A stretch of 63,875 nt of DNA, filler included, from Octopus bimaculoides (GCF_001194135.2; 7 parts of 6 records of this genome joined end to end with filler, not necessarily neighbours in it); one strand, 5' to 3'. Numbered from the whole stretch's first letter, positions 36,545-49,894 are shown. The notes: a model not told the origin generated them from the sequence alone. Numbers and translations: made by a program.

Positions 36545-38343
36545 GTATTCATTGCGTGGACCGGTTCAACTTTCGCAGATGTCACCGATATTTTAACATC
36601 TCTCCGGCCGAACTCTCGGCCCTTCGATGTCTCGCACGCCGCAAAGATATTATCATAAAACCAGCCGACAAGGGTGGAGCCGTGGTGGTGTGACGCGCAA
36701 TCCTCTACAAGGCTGAAACTTTCCGCCAACTTCAAGACACCTCCTTCTATTGCCCTCTGTCATCCAACACCACGCCTAACCACCACGCCTAACCCTCACT
36801 ATTCATAACCTCATTCCCCCCCCCCCAGCCTCCATACTCATTGTCCGCACTCCACGCATCCCCACCATTTACCTCCTTCCCCAAATCCACAAGCCCAACA
36901 ACCCTAGCCACCCTATCGTCTCCGCCTGCAACTGCCTTACGGAATTGATCTCTAAATACCTCGACTATATCCTTGCCCCCTAGTGGCTCCCCTCCCATAT
37001 CCACGACACTAACCTTGCTTTCCGTGTCTTTATCTCTTTCTCCTTTCCTATTGGCCCTTCTAAACTTCTCTTTACTCTTTATATCAAGAGTTTACATACG
37101 GTGATACCGCACAACGAAGGACATCTTGCATTCAAACACTTTCTGGACCTTCGACCCAATCCTCAACCTGACACCTCCACACTTCTTCGTCTGGCTGAAC
37201 TTGTTCTCTCCCTCAATGCTTCTCGTTCGCTGGGGATTTTTACCAACACTTTTCGGGAGTGGCCATGGGAACGAGAATAGGTCCCCAACTATGCGAAACT
37301 GATCATTGGCTACGTTGAGGCCCAAATATTCTCACGATTCACTGGTCCAACTTCCGAACTATACGGTTGTTATATCTCACTCTCCCACGAACAACTAGAC
37401 TCCTTCCTCCCTTTTGTCCAATCCTTCCATCCCGCTCTCGAATTCTCCTGCACTAATTCTAACTCTTCCGTCGCATTTCTCGACATCTCTGTCAATATAC
37501 ACCACTCCGCTCTCACTACCTCTATCCACTACAAACACACCGACTCACACTCATACCTTAACTTTCCTCCTCCCACCCTGCCCACACCAAGCACTCCGTG
37601 TCCTACTCCCAATTCCTCCGTCTGCGCTGACTCTGCAGTAACAATTTATGGCTCGCCACTTCATCCTTCGTGGATATCCTCTCACCACTATCCACACTGC
37701 CCTTGCCAGGGCACGTTCCGTGGACTGTGCCTCTGCTCTTTCTCCCCGTACTNNNNNNNNNNNNNNNNNNNNNNNNNNNNNNNNNNNNNNNNNNNNNNNN
37801 NNNNNNNNNNNNNNNNNNNNNNNNNNNNNNNNNNNNNNNNNNNNNNNNNNNNNNNNNNNNNNNNNNNNNNNNNNNNNNNNNNNNNNNNNNNNNNNNNNNN
37901 NNNNNNNNNNNNNNNNNNNNNNNNNNNNNNNNNNNNNNNNNNNNNNNNNNNNNNNNNNNNNNNNNNNNNNGTCCACAATTTCTTCCCTAACCTTACCTCC
38001 CAGCCCACGCTGCCGTACATGCCCCTACCTCTCCAACACTACCATCCTCACAGGCACCCATCATCGTCCCTATCACAGCACCGACTCCTTTACTTGCACC
38101 TCCTGCAACGGTCATACGGGTTGACCGGTTCGCGGAGCACTCCCGAGACATCAGACTCGACAATGACACCCCGGTCTCGCGCCATCTCCGCTCTACCAAT
38201 CATTCACTACAACATCTGTCTGTGCTCGGACTGCCTTTGCACAGGGGCCATCCGGATTCCTGCCTTTGCCATGAACAAAATTTAATCTTCTCTCGTCGCT
38301 CCTTTGCCCCACATGGGCTCAACTCCTCTCTTCTCTTCATCTG
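36545..38343 (+). mobile_element. Penelope-like element, degraded RT-EN
   Basis: IIIKPADKGGAVVV, PKIHKPNNP.HPIVS, GVAMGTRIGPNYA, SFHPALEF, VAFLDISV, then DRFAEH...TPVSRH...EQNLIF...PHGLN. Many stops and deletions; one gap inside. Confidence 0.9.
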
Positions 38344-40463
38344 ACTCCCCTCCTCTCCTCTCTTCACTCCTAACCACCTCTCCTCTCTTCATCTGACACC
38401 TACTTCCTCTCTTTACTCCTATCCACCTCCTCTCTTCACCCTACCCCTACTCCTAATAGTTTTCAGAATATTGTTGTTTCTTGTAATGTTTTTCTCGAAA
38501 GTATGTTTAATTTCGGGAAGAGAAAGCTATATTCAATGCAAATTTAATCTTAATCGTTTGAAAATTAAATATTTTATTTGCGGACGACGGTCATGATAAT
38601 CATAACAATTGAAAATTCAAATTTAACATTCTTCGTATTATTAAAATAAGTAACAAATAGAATAAAAATATTTAATAAATGGATATATGTATTACAGATT
38701 CGTATTATTCGTGTTATTTTTTGATAAATAGCTGAAACCATAAATTTGGTATAATAAGTTTGACAAAAATATATTTGTATTTTACCCTGTTTTCGTTTCA
38801 TATCTTTTAAATACAAACCATACACAAAACAGAAATGTGATAAAAAAACGTTAATGTTGCTATCAAACAAACAAAACTAAGCTGTAAATATATACAGTGC
38901 TATTAAAAACAAATACATTACTTAAATACCAATATGTATTCATGGACATGACATTTTGTTGAATGATATCCAAGAAAACCTTCAATCCCGAAACCATTTC
39001 AAAGGAGATAACATTAGTTTTTGTAAAAGGCAGAAGTTAGATAAGAAATGTCACATCCAGTTAATTTTCTGAGGAGAAACAAAAGCGCAAATAAAAACAA
39101 AACTAAATTCAGTGAATGCAGCTGTATGTAAGCATGAACTTCCACAAATAATTAATAGGTTTCATATCTATCTATATTATGTGTACTATCACATTAAATT
39201 TTTAAGATAATTTAATTTCTGAATCTTCACGTTAAAAATCGAATGTTTCAGAAGAAAAAGTGATAGAACAAACATTATTATTTAGCTGATACAATGTTGG
39301 TGAAGTAACAAAACTCGGACGAAAGAAGAGTAGATGATGTAAAGTTCCATTTTACAACATTATGAGCTCAGTTCTCGTTATACTGACTTTTCGTAATTCC
39401 AAAGTTAATAAAATAAATAAGTTCTATGTATGAAGAAGGGCTAATTCAATCAGCTATATCTTTATTCAAAATTATAGTGTCTAACTAATCATTAGGAGAG
39501 TAGTGTATGGCTTGTGTTTATCATTATTCTCAACCACTCTACTGCTACAGTTCTAACCAATGAATAGCGCGGAACATGGCTTCTTGGAAAACTTACGTGA
39601 ATAGTTTCATTTTTTTTTTTTTTTGGCTACTTTCAGATAATGAAGATCACTTCCTTTTAATGTGAATCGCTCTTACTGTTAGACTGCTTAAGTCTATGAC
39701 CATTATAAGAATTGTGGACCATTATAATGACCATTATGAAAGTTTTCGATAAGGGAGTGTCTCAGATACAATTGACAACATTGTTGTGGTTATTTAATCA
39801 GTAATAAACAATAAATAATGCAATAAATTTCAGTGGCTATAAAAGTTCGAATAAGTTCACATGACTGCAAATCATTCAATTCCATATGATTCCATATGAT
39901 TTGTTTTTCTCAAGATCGTGTGTTCATAATACAATATGAACCAAAGTATTTAAGAATATGGCAAAACAAATTCCATTTAGTCTCTCAATAATTTTTTCGA
40001 TTGGCTAAAGATATCCTTACTTTAAATTTTAAAATAAAACAGAAAAGTAGCAGATTGTAGACCTACTGAATATTTTAAGTAACTCCCAAAATAACAAGTA
40101 TCCCAAATTAAAAAGTGACGTACTATACTGGAAATAGCTTAATTCGCTACTTGTAGCTTAGTCTGAAAATTCTTCTGGTGTGCCTGTCATGCAAATATTC
40201 TTAGCATCAAATAACTTAATGGAACTTATTAATAAAAGAACCCTGTCATATATTGCAGCTAATTTGAAATGCGTAGAACAAAATGCACGACGTTTCTTAA
40301 AATGTTATGGCTTCCTCCTTATCGAAAGAACAAATTGAATGCATAATGGTCAGCTTCGTTTCATTTGGGATAACTGTTATTGTTTGTTAAAAAGCGTTTA
40401 TGCGTAAGTCTGTGTGTGGCAGATAACAATAGCAGTAGCATGGAGATATACATTGTAACAGCC

Positions 40464-40754
40464 CGTCGATGCATCCACCATTTGTTGGTGATTCCCTACT
40501 CCTGGCGGATGACTCCTTTGAGCCATTCAGGCAACAAACCCCAACCCATGGGTTTGTGTGGGTAGACGTTGCTGGTAAGGGTTTTACGAGGTCGGAGTGC
40601 AAATCATACCTCAATCTCTTCTAATCGCCTTTTCCGACACGCAGAGGTAACGTTGGGTCTATTCTTTGGTATGCCGGTCACCGTACAGTACTAGAGCAAC
40701 GTGAAATGAAGTGTCTTGCGGTCCAGGAATCGAACTCACGATCCGGCAATCGTG
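40464..40754 (-). mobile_element. 5'-truncated tRNA-SINE (B-like core, third tail) with 12-bp TSD
   Basis: GAGTTCGATTCC B box and CAAGACACTTCATTTCACGTTGCTC core. ATTGTAACAGCC flanks it at 40452-40463 and 40755-40766. Confidence 0.75.
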
Positions 40755-40944
40755 ATTGTAACAGCCAAACCGCTCAAACATAATAATATAAAATAAAACT
40801 GTATCAGTTTTTAGGATTATTTATTATTACAAAAAACTACTATTGAAGCATGCATCAAATTGTGAACAAATTCTTGAGTGGTTTGATATTAAAAGATGTT
40901 TTGATATTGTAACCTTCATGGTATTAACAATTGTCTCCAAACAT

Positions 40945-41160
40945 TACTGGTTTCTGATTTGGGTACAAGGCCAGCAATTTTGAAGGGAGGGTGTCAGTCG
41001 AAGCCATTGGCTCTATTACTTGACTGATATTTTATTTTAGCAACCTCGAAAGGATGAAAGCAAAGTTGACCTCAGAAGGAGTTGAACTCCGAAAGTAAAG
41101 AACTGGAATAATTACTATGAAACATTTGTGCCGAAGCTCTAATTATTCTTCTTGTTCGTC
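40945..41160 (-). mobile_element. SINE family C
   Basis: GAAAGGATGAAAGCAAAGTTGACCTC...GAACTC. Confidence 0.7.
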
Positions 41161-41479
41161 ACCCTATTCTTTCTACACCTTAATGAAGTTAGATAATTCA
41201 AACTTCTCTACAAAATGCATTTTCCACCTCCCCATTTATCAAGTCTCCATACTAAATGGAGAGGTGGCAAATGCTTTGAATTTTAAAGAGAAACTTACCA
41301 TTGGTTCCTCAGGTCAGCGCTACGTAGAAAACTATTAAAAATAGCCACCCACCTTTCTGCCACAAGAGGGTTAGCGAGAAGCAACTGTATAAAAGGAGTT
41401 CTTAGCTAGTGACATGCATTGAAATTACATTTTAAAATGACATCTAATGAAGACAATTGTGTAAAAGAATTACCAAATG

Positions 41480-41862
41480 CGGCATATACATTCACCCATT
41501 ATATTAATTTCATCATGGAACAAAGAGGTTAAGGTTTTGGTCAATGAAAGTTTACAGTTGGATTGTTATATCTATTGACGATATTTTGCACATATTTAAA
41601 ATTCAGAATCGCAACCCTTTGCTTTCATCATATCCTTTAAACTTTTCTCGACTGTCTTATCACCTCACAATCTTTTACGTCAACGAATTTCAATGCTGCA
41701 ATTTGTTCACGTTTTGTTTGACTCAGCATATTTAAATAAGGGTAAACAATAAAGCAAACTAATGTTATGAAGCGTTATAAAACATTTACATCTATTTTTG
41801 CGAATGAGAATGTTTCAATTTATGTTTGAATAATATATGCTGAATATATATGCTGCACCCGG
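41480..41862 (-). mobile_element. Tc1/maT-like left end with start of transposase
   Basis: On the minus strand TA|CCGGGTGCAGC resembles the CAGGGTG/CGGGGTG termini seen elsewhere in the window. It is followed by MLSQTKREQIAALKFVDVKDCEVIRQ (HTH-like start) from 41729. Confidence 0.45.
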
Positions 41863-41864
41863 TA

Positions 41865-42325
41865 CATGCTATGTATTTAATGGAACAAATGAATTTGTTT
41901 AACATTTATGAGGCCTGTGTTATGTGAATTTAAAAAAAAATAATTAGCTTTCTCAAAAACAGCCGACGGTTTTGCATTGTCTATGGTTATAAAAAATTTA
42001 CATCCTTAATAAGCAAATCTTGAGACGAATATGAACATTGAATCATAGTAAAATTCTCTCAGGAAACTGTACAAAATCGATGTCTAAGTTGTTTAAGAAG
42101 GGTATGCAAACAATTCTTATACTGTGTAACGAGAAATATTTAGACACACAAGTCCGCTATGTTGAACCGTCTAAAATTGAAAAATTAGAAAACTACTGGC
42201 GCAGACTGCTAGTACTAGATTGGGGAAAAAATATTTCATAGTGAAATTTCTAATGATGAGTCAGAATTTTGGCGTCAAGCAGAAACACTTACAAATGCAG
42301 CTGAAGGAACTTTTCGAGATAAGCA
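41865..42325 (+). mobile_element. hAT transposase relic (C-terminal region)
   Basis: Frameshifted CLTFMRPVLCEFKK..., KIEKLENYWRRLLVLDW and DESEFWRQAETLTNAAEGTFRD resemble the hAT region preceding the dimerisation domain. Confidence 0.5.
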
Positions 42326-42833
42326 AGGATAGGAGTGCATGTTCTCAAGTGTACGTTCCACCAAAGCTAAAAATGGGATGGGCTTAAGAATAAAACGTAA
42401 CTTGAAGAGTTAAGAACAAAACGTAACTTGAAGAACAAAACATTACTGTTATAAATTTAGCCTAGCGATGCATTTAGCACAATAATAAAGAAATTAGTGA
42501 AGAGGAGTATAGAATTCTTGATGTCTTACTTTGATATGTCTGGAAATCAGACTCAGGTTTAATAAAATAGTATACATACATATGTGTGCGCGTGTGTGTG
42601 TATGCATGTGTGTATATGTGTGTGTGTGTGTGTTTGTGTCAATGTATTGTGATTTTAAGAGAGTTTTCATGTTTTAATCTAAAGTGGAGACGAGCACCGA
42701 TGTTCCATGTCATAGGCTTGATAATGGTTAAGGGCTTCCTTAACATGAAATCAATGGCAGTCTTGCTCCACAAATAAGGAATCTTTATACACCAATGTGG
42801 TGTTGAGGCACCATTCTCATTTTTTGATGTTTA

Positions 42834-42836
<3 letters not shown>

Positions 42837-42918
<82 letters not shown>
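42837..42918. repeat. (CA)n
   Basis: Direct reading. Confidence 0.97.
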
Positions 42919-42922
<4 letters not shown>

Positions 42923-43082
42923 CAATCAGATGTGCAAGGAGCCGTGTTAGCGTTGATTTGTGGGTTCGATTCTAGCTGGAAGTTAACTCATCATTTTTCA
43001 GTCACTTGTTTAAATAAATGTCACTTTAATCGGAGTTTATATATTATTATTATTATCATATATTATTATATAGTTATAATAG

Positions 43083-43365
43083 CGGTTAGGATGTTGCATT
43101 AACGATTGCGAGATCGTAGGTTCGATTCCCAAACCGGATGTTGCGTTGTCTTCCTCAGCAAGGATCTTCATTCCACGTTGCTGTGAGATCATTTCGACAT
43201 CTGACATGCGGCACTCAGTTACACCTGTACAGGTAATGTCGATTTGATGGAGGGAGTGAGCTCATGTCTACACAAACATTTGATCACTATAAACAAATCA
43301 ACTGTGTGGTTGTTCGATAAGAAACTGTCGAACTCTCATACGTCGTCTTGCGACGAGAGAGCCCA
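43083..43365 (+). mobile_element. tRNA-SINE with family B-like head/core and a different tail
   Basis: GGTTCGATTCCC B box, AGCAAGGATCTTCATTCCACGTTGCT core and a distinct 3' part; a related fragment lies at 56065-56165 (-). Confidence 0.65.
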
Positions 43366-44056
43366 TTATTAATATAATATTAATAATAATAATAATAATG
43401 ATATATATATATATATATATATATATANNNNNNNNNNNNNNNNNNNNNNNNNNNNNNNNNNNNNNNNNNNNNNNNNNNNNNNNNNNNNNNNNNNNNNNNN
43501 NNNNNNNNNNNNNNNNNNNNNNNNNNNNNNNNNNNNNNNNNNNNNNNNNNNNNNNNNNNNNNNNNNNNNNNNNNNNNNNNNNNNNNNNNNNNNNNNNNNN
43601 NNNNNNNNNNNNNNNNNNNNNNNNNNNNNNNNNNNNNNNNNNNNNNNNNNNNNNNNNNNNNNNNNNNNNNNNNNNNNNNNNNNNNNNNNNNNNNNNNNNN
43701 NNNNNNNNNNNNNNNNNNNNNNNNNNNNNNNNNNNNNNNNNNNNNNNNNNNNNNNNNNNNNNNNNNNNNNNNNNNNNNNNNNNNNNNNNNNNNNNNNNNN
43801 NNNNNNNNNNNNNNNNNNNNNNNNNNNNNNNNNNNNNNNNNNNNNNNNNNNNNNNNNNNNNNNNNNNNNNNNNNNNNNNNNNNNNNNNNNNNNNNNNNNN
43901 NNNNNNNNNNNNNNNNNNNNNNNNNNNNNNNNNNNNNNNNNNNNNNNNNNNNNNNNNNNNNNNNNNNNNNNNNNNNNNNNNNNNNNNNNNNNNNNNNNNN
44001 NNNNNNNNNNNNNNNNNNNNNNNNNNNNNNNNNNNNNNNNNNNNNNNNNNNNNNNN

Positions 44057-44262
44057 ATTATATTATCTCTAGAAACTTTAGTAAATAAATACAAATATAC
44101 AATTAGATTATTAGTAATAATAAATCATACAGTTAATATATCCTGTCTTTTAAACCTAATATTATATTATAATACCCGATCATACTGAAATTTATAATTT
44201 ATTTAAACCAGAAAAACGTATGCCTAAGAAAATGGCTACATCTGAAAGCATTATATGTGAAT

Positions 44263-44305
<43 letters not shown>

Positions 44306-45125
44306 GAGGTTAACCCCAGAAGATTGAAGTTTGAAGGCCCAAATGTGAGATCGAAGAATATAGTAAGGTAACGACTCGAACAGATGTTAACATATACGTG
44401 GGTTGTTCTTCGGGACAAATTTGTAAACGAATATCGAATCATTATAATACATTTAGAGATAGAAGTAAAATAGCGAATACTAGTCTTAGTAAATTCATTT
44501 GGGAAATGAAGGAACAAAAAAAGCAATATTCGTTAGAATGGTCAATTATTGGAAAGTTTCCCCTTATGACAAAGGTAAGAGATATTGCTCGTTGTGTAAT
44601 CTAGAATTATATTTTATATTATTCTCTAAGAGTAAGTTAATAAATAAACTCACATACAATGCTTTCAGATGTAGCCATTTTCTTAGACATACGTTTTTCT
44701 GGTTTAAATAAATTATAGATTTCAGTATGATCGGGTATTATGATATAATATTAGGTTTAAAAGACAAGATATATTAAATGTATAATTTATCACTAATAAT
44801 CAAATTGTATATTTGTATTTATTTACTAAATTTTTCTAGAGATAATATAATATAGATTTCCATTAGTTTAGAATTTATTACCAGGAATCAATAATTTGTA
44901 TTACTTGATTGTTTATAATTAATAATATTATTAGGGTTTTCTCCCTTAGACATACTTTTATTTAAGGAGGAATTTGAATATGGATCAGGCTTAGAGATTA
45001 TAAATTATTTTTGGTGTTCACATTTTACTTTTTACCCTGAGGATGTGTAAGGTAATTTACTTATTTAACTTGAATTGAGAGTTGAATTTGACCTTATACA
45101 GAAATGTTGACATAGGTAATAAACT
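44057..45125 (+). mobile_element. Penelope-like element 3' end (GIY-YIG C-terminus + 3' UTR) with inverted pseudo-LTR
   Basis: YVGCSSGQICKRISNHYNTF...TSLSKFIWEMKEQ...WSII / YDKGKRYCSLCNLELYFI. Segment 44057-44262 is the reverse complement of 44650-44853. Hammerhead at 45032-45119. Confidence 0.85.
45032..45119 (+). ncRNA. Type I hammerhead ribozyme with long helix II loop
   Basis: TTACC-CTGAGGA-TGTGTAAGGT(37 nt)ACCTTATACA-GAAA-TGTTGACA-TA-GGTAA. Helix I has 5 bp and helix II 10 bp; AUA triplet (cut after 45114). Confidence 0.8.
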
Positions 45126-45169
45126 TTAATATAAATGGACATTAGCGTTAACACCCTTATTTAAATTTT

Positions 45170-45200
<31 letters not shown>

Positions 45201-45300
45201 NNNNNNNNNNNNNNNNNNNNNNNNNNNNNNNNNNNNNNNNNNNNTTAATTAATTAANNNNNNNNNNNNNNNNNNNNNNNNNNNNNNNNNNNNNNNNNNNN

Positions 45301-45339
<39 letters not shown>

Positions 45340-46384
45340 TGTTTACATACAATGTTTGTCTAGTTATCTCCAGAATTTGTTTTGCATTTCCTATTGTTCC
45401 ATGCACTGCATCATACTGAGCAGCAACTGCCAGATAACACACACACACACACACACTCTCCCAAGCTGTTATTGTTCTTGGCATTCTGGGATTGCTCTAC
45501 TGTTGCTGAGGAATTATTTGACTTTATTAATTACTGCAGCTGATAGTTATCTACAACATCACTATTCTTCAATCTATCCATCTAAACTAGTTTGATCTAC
45601 ATGGCTGATTGTGCAGTTAGCAATCACTCTCATCATCAAAGTCAGTCTACTCATCTCATTGTATCTATGTGTGTGNNNNNNNNNNATATATATATATATA
45701 TGGCTTTCTCATTCATTCTTTTCATATCCACTCCAACTTCCTCTAACTCTTCTCTTTTCCAAGTCTTTATTTCTTGCAATGTCACAATATCTTCCTGCCT
45801 CTTTTCTTTTCACTACCTTTTACTCCCTCTCTCTCTCTCCAAGCCTCCTCTTATGTTCATCTGTTATGTAATCAATACCAATAATGCATGATGTAAAATG
45901 AGCATTCTCAGTATAATACAAAACACTGTTGACTTAGATTATGTTTTATATGTATATGTGTACATATTTATACACACACACACATATATACAAATATACA
46001 TACTATGTGCATAAAAATGTGTGCATGATCCTTTTATACACTTATAAAATATACCGGGTTGAATAAGCTCCAATGTAGAGTTAAAGTCAGTATACTAAAT
46101 TACTATAGGACATCTCTATTACTTTACCATCTGTATGAAATCAACAATTCTTATACAGGATAATTTTGTGATAATGTCTAACAGAATAGTATTAATTTAT
46201 TCATTTCTCTGCTAAAACTTCTACTACATTATTCCTGCAATCTGGGATTGTCTAAGCAGCAGAGTACTATTTTCTGTGTTCGCTGACTCATCTAAACGAG
46301 GAAAATAGCAATACATTTGAATTTAGCATGACTAGAAGACAATGTTGCTAATATTGCGACCTTAAAATTCATGTATAGCTTTCA

Positions 46385-46565
46385 TCTATCATCATTATTT
46401 AACATCCATTTTCTATGCTGGCATGGGTTGGACAGTTTGTTAGGAGTTAGTGAGGCCAGGGACCACACCAAGCTCCATAGTCTGGCTTGGTTTCTACAAC
46501 TAGGTACCCTTCCTAATGCTAACCACTTTACAGAGTGTTCTGGGTGCTTTTTATGTGGCACCAGT
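46385..46565 (-). mobile_element. SINE 3' part with V-domain-like block and RTE-type tail
   Basis: Minus strand GTTAGCATTAGGAAGGGTACCTAGTTGTAGAAACC...CCAACCCATGCCAGCATAGAAAATGGATGTTAAAT. Confidence 0.5.
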
Positions 46566-46699
46566 GCTTTTTGCATGTCACCATCACCAGTGCTTTTTGA
46601 GTGTTAAGGGATGAAATGTGGGTGGGGAAGAAGGTTCAGAGGGCAGAGATCCTTGTGGACAAGCATTACCAAGGTGGTTTTAGCATATATCAATTCTCT

Positions 46700-47060
46700 T
46701 GGTAGGCTGGTCTTATTGAGTACAACAAGGCACCGTATATCTTGGTCCTTTGTCTTCTTCATTAAGCTCAGTGGTTGGCCTTCAGTACTTTGTCTTCCTG
46801 GCTCTCCCTCTTCCACAAGTTCCATCCACTTTTAGTGGTCAGCACTTCTTTATGCAATTGTTCTGATTTGTATGCATCACATTACCAAACCTACAAAGTA
46901 TTCTCTCTTGCACACTGCATCTAATTCTTCTTATGCCTAGATTCTCTCACAATATACTAGCGCTATATTGCATATGTACACTAGCATTGCTCACCCAGCA
47001 GAGCATAATAGCTTCATTCCTCTCTTGTCTTTGCATGTCCTCTGCATTCAGGGCCCATTT
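46700..47060 (-). mobile_element. RTE-clade LINE RT C-terminal relic
   Basis: EKWALNAEDMQRQERNEAIMLCW...LGIRRIRCSVQER...KVDGTCGRGRARKT, then TKDQDIRCLVVLNKT. Confidence 0.75.
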
Positions 47061-47387
47061 CTCATTCCTTTTTAGCATTGCAGTTTTAAAAGCATTAAGC
47101 AAGAAGTCTTAATTATAATAATAAATGCTCGTATAAATCATTCTTTATCATTTTAATGTCCACTTATTCATGATAAAATGGTCAGACTAAATTTTTCAAG
47201 ACAGACTCTCTATAGTCTGATATCCTTCCTGTCACTAACCCTCAGCTGTTTCTATGAAAGGTATTTTCCCCCATGGATGGATGTGTTTCCACTAAGGATT
47301 GGAAATGAATAACAGCACTTGTATAGTGGTGACATACTTTTACAACATATGATGTCAAGCCAAGGTGACCCAAGTGCACACTCATGA

Positions 47388-47528
47388 ATCAGACTTCTTT
47401 TAGTTCCTGTTTATGAAATCCACTCACAGGCTTTGGTTAATTTAAAACTATAGAAGAAACTTGCTCTAAGTTCCACACTGAACCCAAAACTGTGAAGCTG
47501 GGAAGGAAATTTTTAACCTCACAGCCAC
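47388..47528 (-). mobile_element. SINE family A fragment
   Basis: AAATCCACTCACAGGCTTTGG...ACTGAACCC...CACAGCCAC. Confidence 0.55.
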
Positions 47529-48989
47529 AACAAGACCTTTATTTGCACCAATATTTTAAATAAAAAAGAACTGAAATCAGACTATTAAGTAGAATAAAAA
47601 ATACTCTAATTGCATAAAGTGGAGACTGTAATTAAATAAGATAATGTTTGGTTAACTTCTTAATGAACAAAAATATAATGACAAGGAGTACAAAATTTGT
47701 TAATTAATAGGAAATACTACAAAATCATACGATATTTTCTTGTAAGGTATAAAAAAATATCAACTCATTTCATTTATTGTACTAGGTCATGAATAGTGAC
47801 TAACCAAATGATTAATGAAACAATTGATTAATAAATTGGTTGCATAGTTAACAAACTGATTAATGATATAGAGGTGATATAGAGTCAGTGCTTGTGTTTA
47901 TCATTCACATAATGACCCTCCCAAGATACAACAAAATATCAGTATGAAGATTTTCCTAATTAGAATTCATTCAAAGAATTTCTATACAATTTTCACAAAA
48001 GAATCAACAGAATAAAGAATGATACAAATAACAATGTAATAATAAATAATGGGAATAGCAAACTTTTGTATGATCTTAAGACAGCTAAATTACAAAAGAA
48101 AGCTAATATAGCTCTGATAGTAGGTCATAAATACTGTCAACCTTTGATAAAAGTCACAGATATCTATGAAATAAACAGCTATGTACCACAATTGAGATAT
48201 AAGCATTCATATACTACGTAGCATTTTTTTTTCTATTCCATTGTTACACAAACTGAAGAAATACCAATGAGAGCTTTATAATGAAGATGATTCCATATGT
48301 GACATTCTTAGTAATTGCAGTATAGGAACTGGGGACTCTAAAGTGGACCAAGAAATAATTAATAACAACATGTATATTTCTTGCAATGATGGCACAGAAT
48401 CACTAAAGTTTAAACCATTCTGATTACAAGTGAATAAACAGCTTGAAATAGCCTTGACTTGTCAAAACGTAGACGCTAACTGATTATCAGTCAAGATATT
48501 ACCAACAACAACAACAGTAACAATATAATTACTGTTGGTGTGTAGGGACACGCCACATAATCCAGATGATGCACAGCACAATGACCCAAAGCCAAATATA
48601 GACACTGAATGAAAACTCAGTGTTCATTACAAAGAACATATATCATTTTGGTGGCTACAAATAAAGATCTGGTTGTTTTCAATGATATTAAAGAGCATGT
48701 ATTAATGTAGGCTTTAAATACATCGCTATAAATACCAACAGATAAACATGATTCCCTACTATAAAACACAAATGTCTAAAGATAACAATCAAAATTACCA
48801 TTTCTACACTAGAAACGATATTATATGAAACACTCACAGAATTGATAAAATCAAACTGTCTGCTCTATTCTACTCTACACCCTCAAGAACTGCAAAACTA
48901 GCCAAGCCTACAGCTATAAGTAAAAGAAGAAAACTTCACTAAAAGGAAGAAAATAAAGATACAAGTAAAGCAAGAAGGTTTCGAAATAC

Positions 48990-49315
48990 TTATGGAAAAA
49001 ATTTTAAAGCTATTTATTGTTGTCGTACATCCATACTTAAAGTTTGCATCTCCAGTTTGGAACCCCATCTTGTCAAAAATCTCGATCTTCTGGAAGCTGT
49101 CCAGAGATGTGCAACCAGATGAATACCCTCTGTCAGTCATTACATCCTGAACATATTGCTATGCTGGGCATCAACACACTAAAGTTTCAAATCTGGCAGT
49201 GAACTTGGGAAAAGACCACAAGATTATCCACCATTTTACCAACAACAATTCAGGTTACTGTTTTTAATTCAATGCCACTACCACTCATGAACATGCTAAA
49301 CACTACAGCACTCAT
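48990..49315 (+). mobile_element. CR1/L2-group LINE RT C-terminal relic
   Basis: VHPYLKFASPVWNP..KNLDLLEAVQRCATR*IPSV...MLGINTLK resembles the CR1 RPHLEYASPVW...LE.VQRRAT motif. Confidence 0.7.
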
Positions 49316-49323
49316 GACAATTA

Positions 49324-49590
49324 CAGGTTTCCCCACTGGTGGCTGGGGAAGGTCAGCGGTCTGCCCATACATACCAGCCTCCCCTCTCCACACCACCAAT
49401 GTTATCAAAGGGAAAGGCAAAGACTGATACAGCTTGGCACCAGTGACGTTAAAACTCATTTCTACAGCCCAATGAACTAGAGCAATGTGAAATAAAGTGT
49501 CTTGCTCAAAAACAACACAGCCTAGTCCGGAATTGAACTCACTTCTTCATGATTGTGAGCCCGATACTCTACACACTGAACCATGCACCT
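49324..49590 (-). mobile_element. SINE family B, diverged, inserted in the CR1 relic
   Basis: Reverse-complement match to 25040-25270. Confidence 0.75.
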
Positions 49591-49894
49591 CAATCACTAT
49601 TCTATGCTCATTCCTAAGATCAGTTAACCCTGAGGTAAGACTGGAAGTATTATCATTACTAGAATGTAGCTGGGACAGGGTACTACCACAGTTCCATGTA
49701 TGAGGGTTACAAGTGCTTGGAGCAATGGTACTAGCATAACAATTATTGATGTGGGTGGTATTGCTGGAGCTTACAGTATTGAGATCTAGCAGGTTAGGAG
49801 GTGCCTGGATGAGGGATTCATGGGGTCCACACTAAGGTGATTAAGTTTGCACGTCTGGCTCAGTGGTTAGAATGCAGAGCTCACAATCATAAGG

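Noticed and set aside
39577-39610. ATG GCT TCT TGG AAA ACT TAC GTG (MASWKTYV), similar to a profilin N-terminus
   Set aside because: The frame runs into a poly-T tract, no continuing exon was found, and the similarity is too short.
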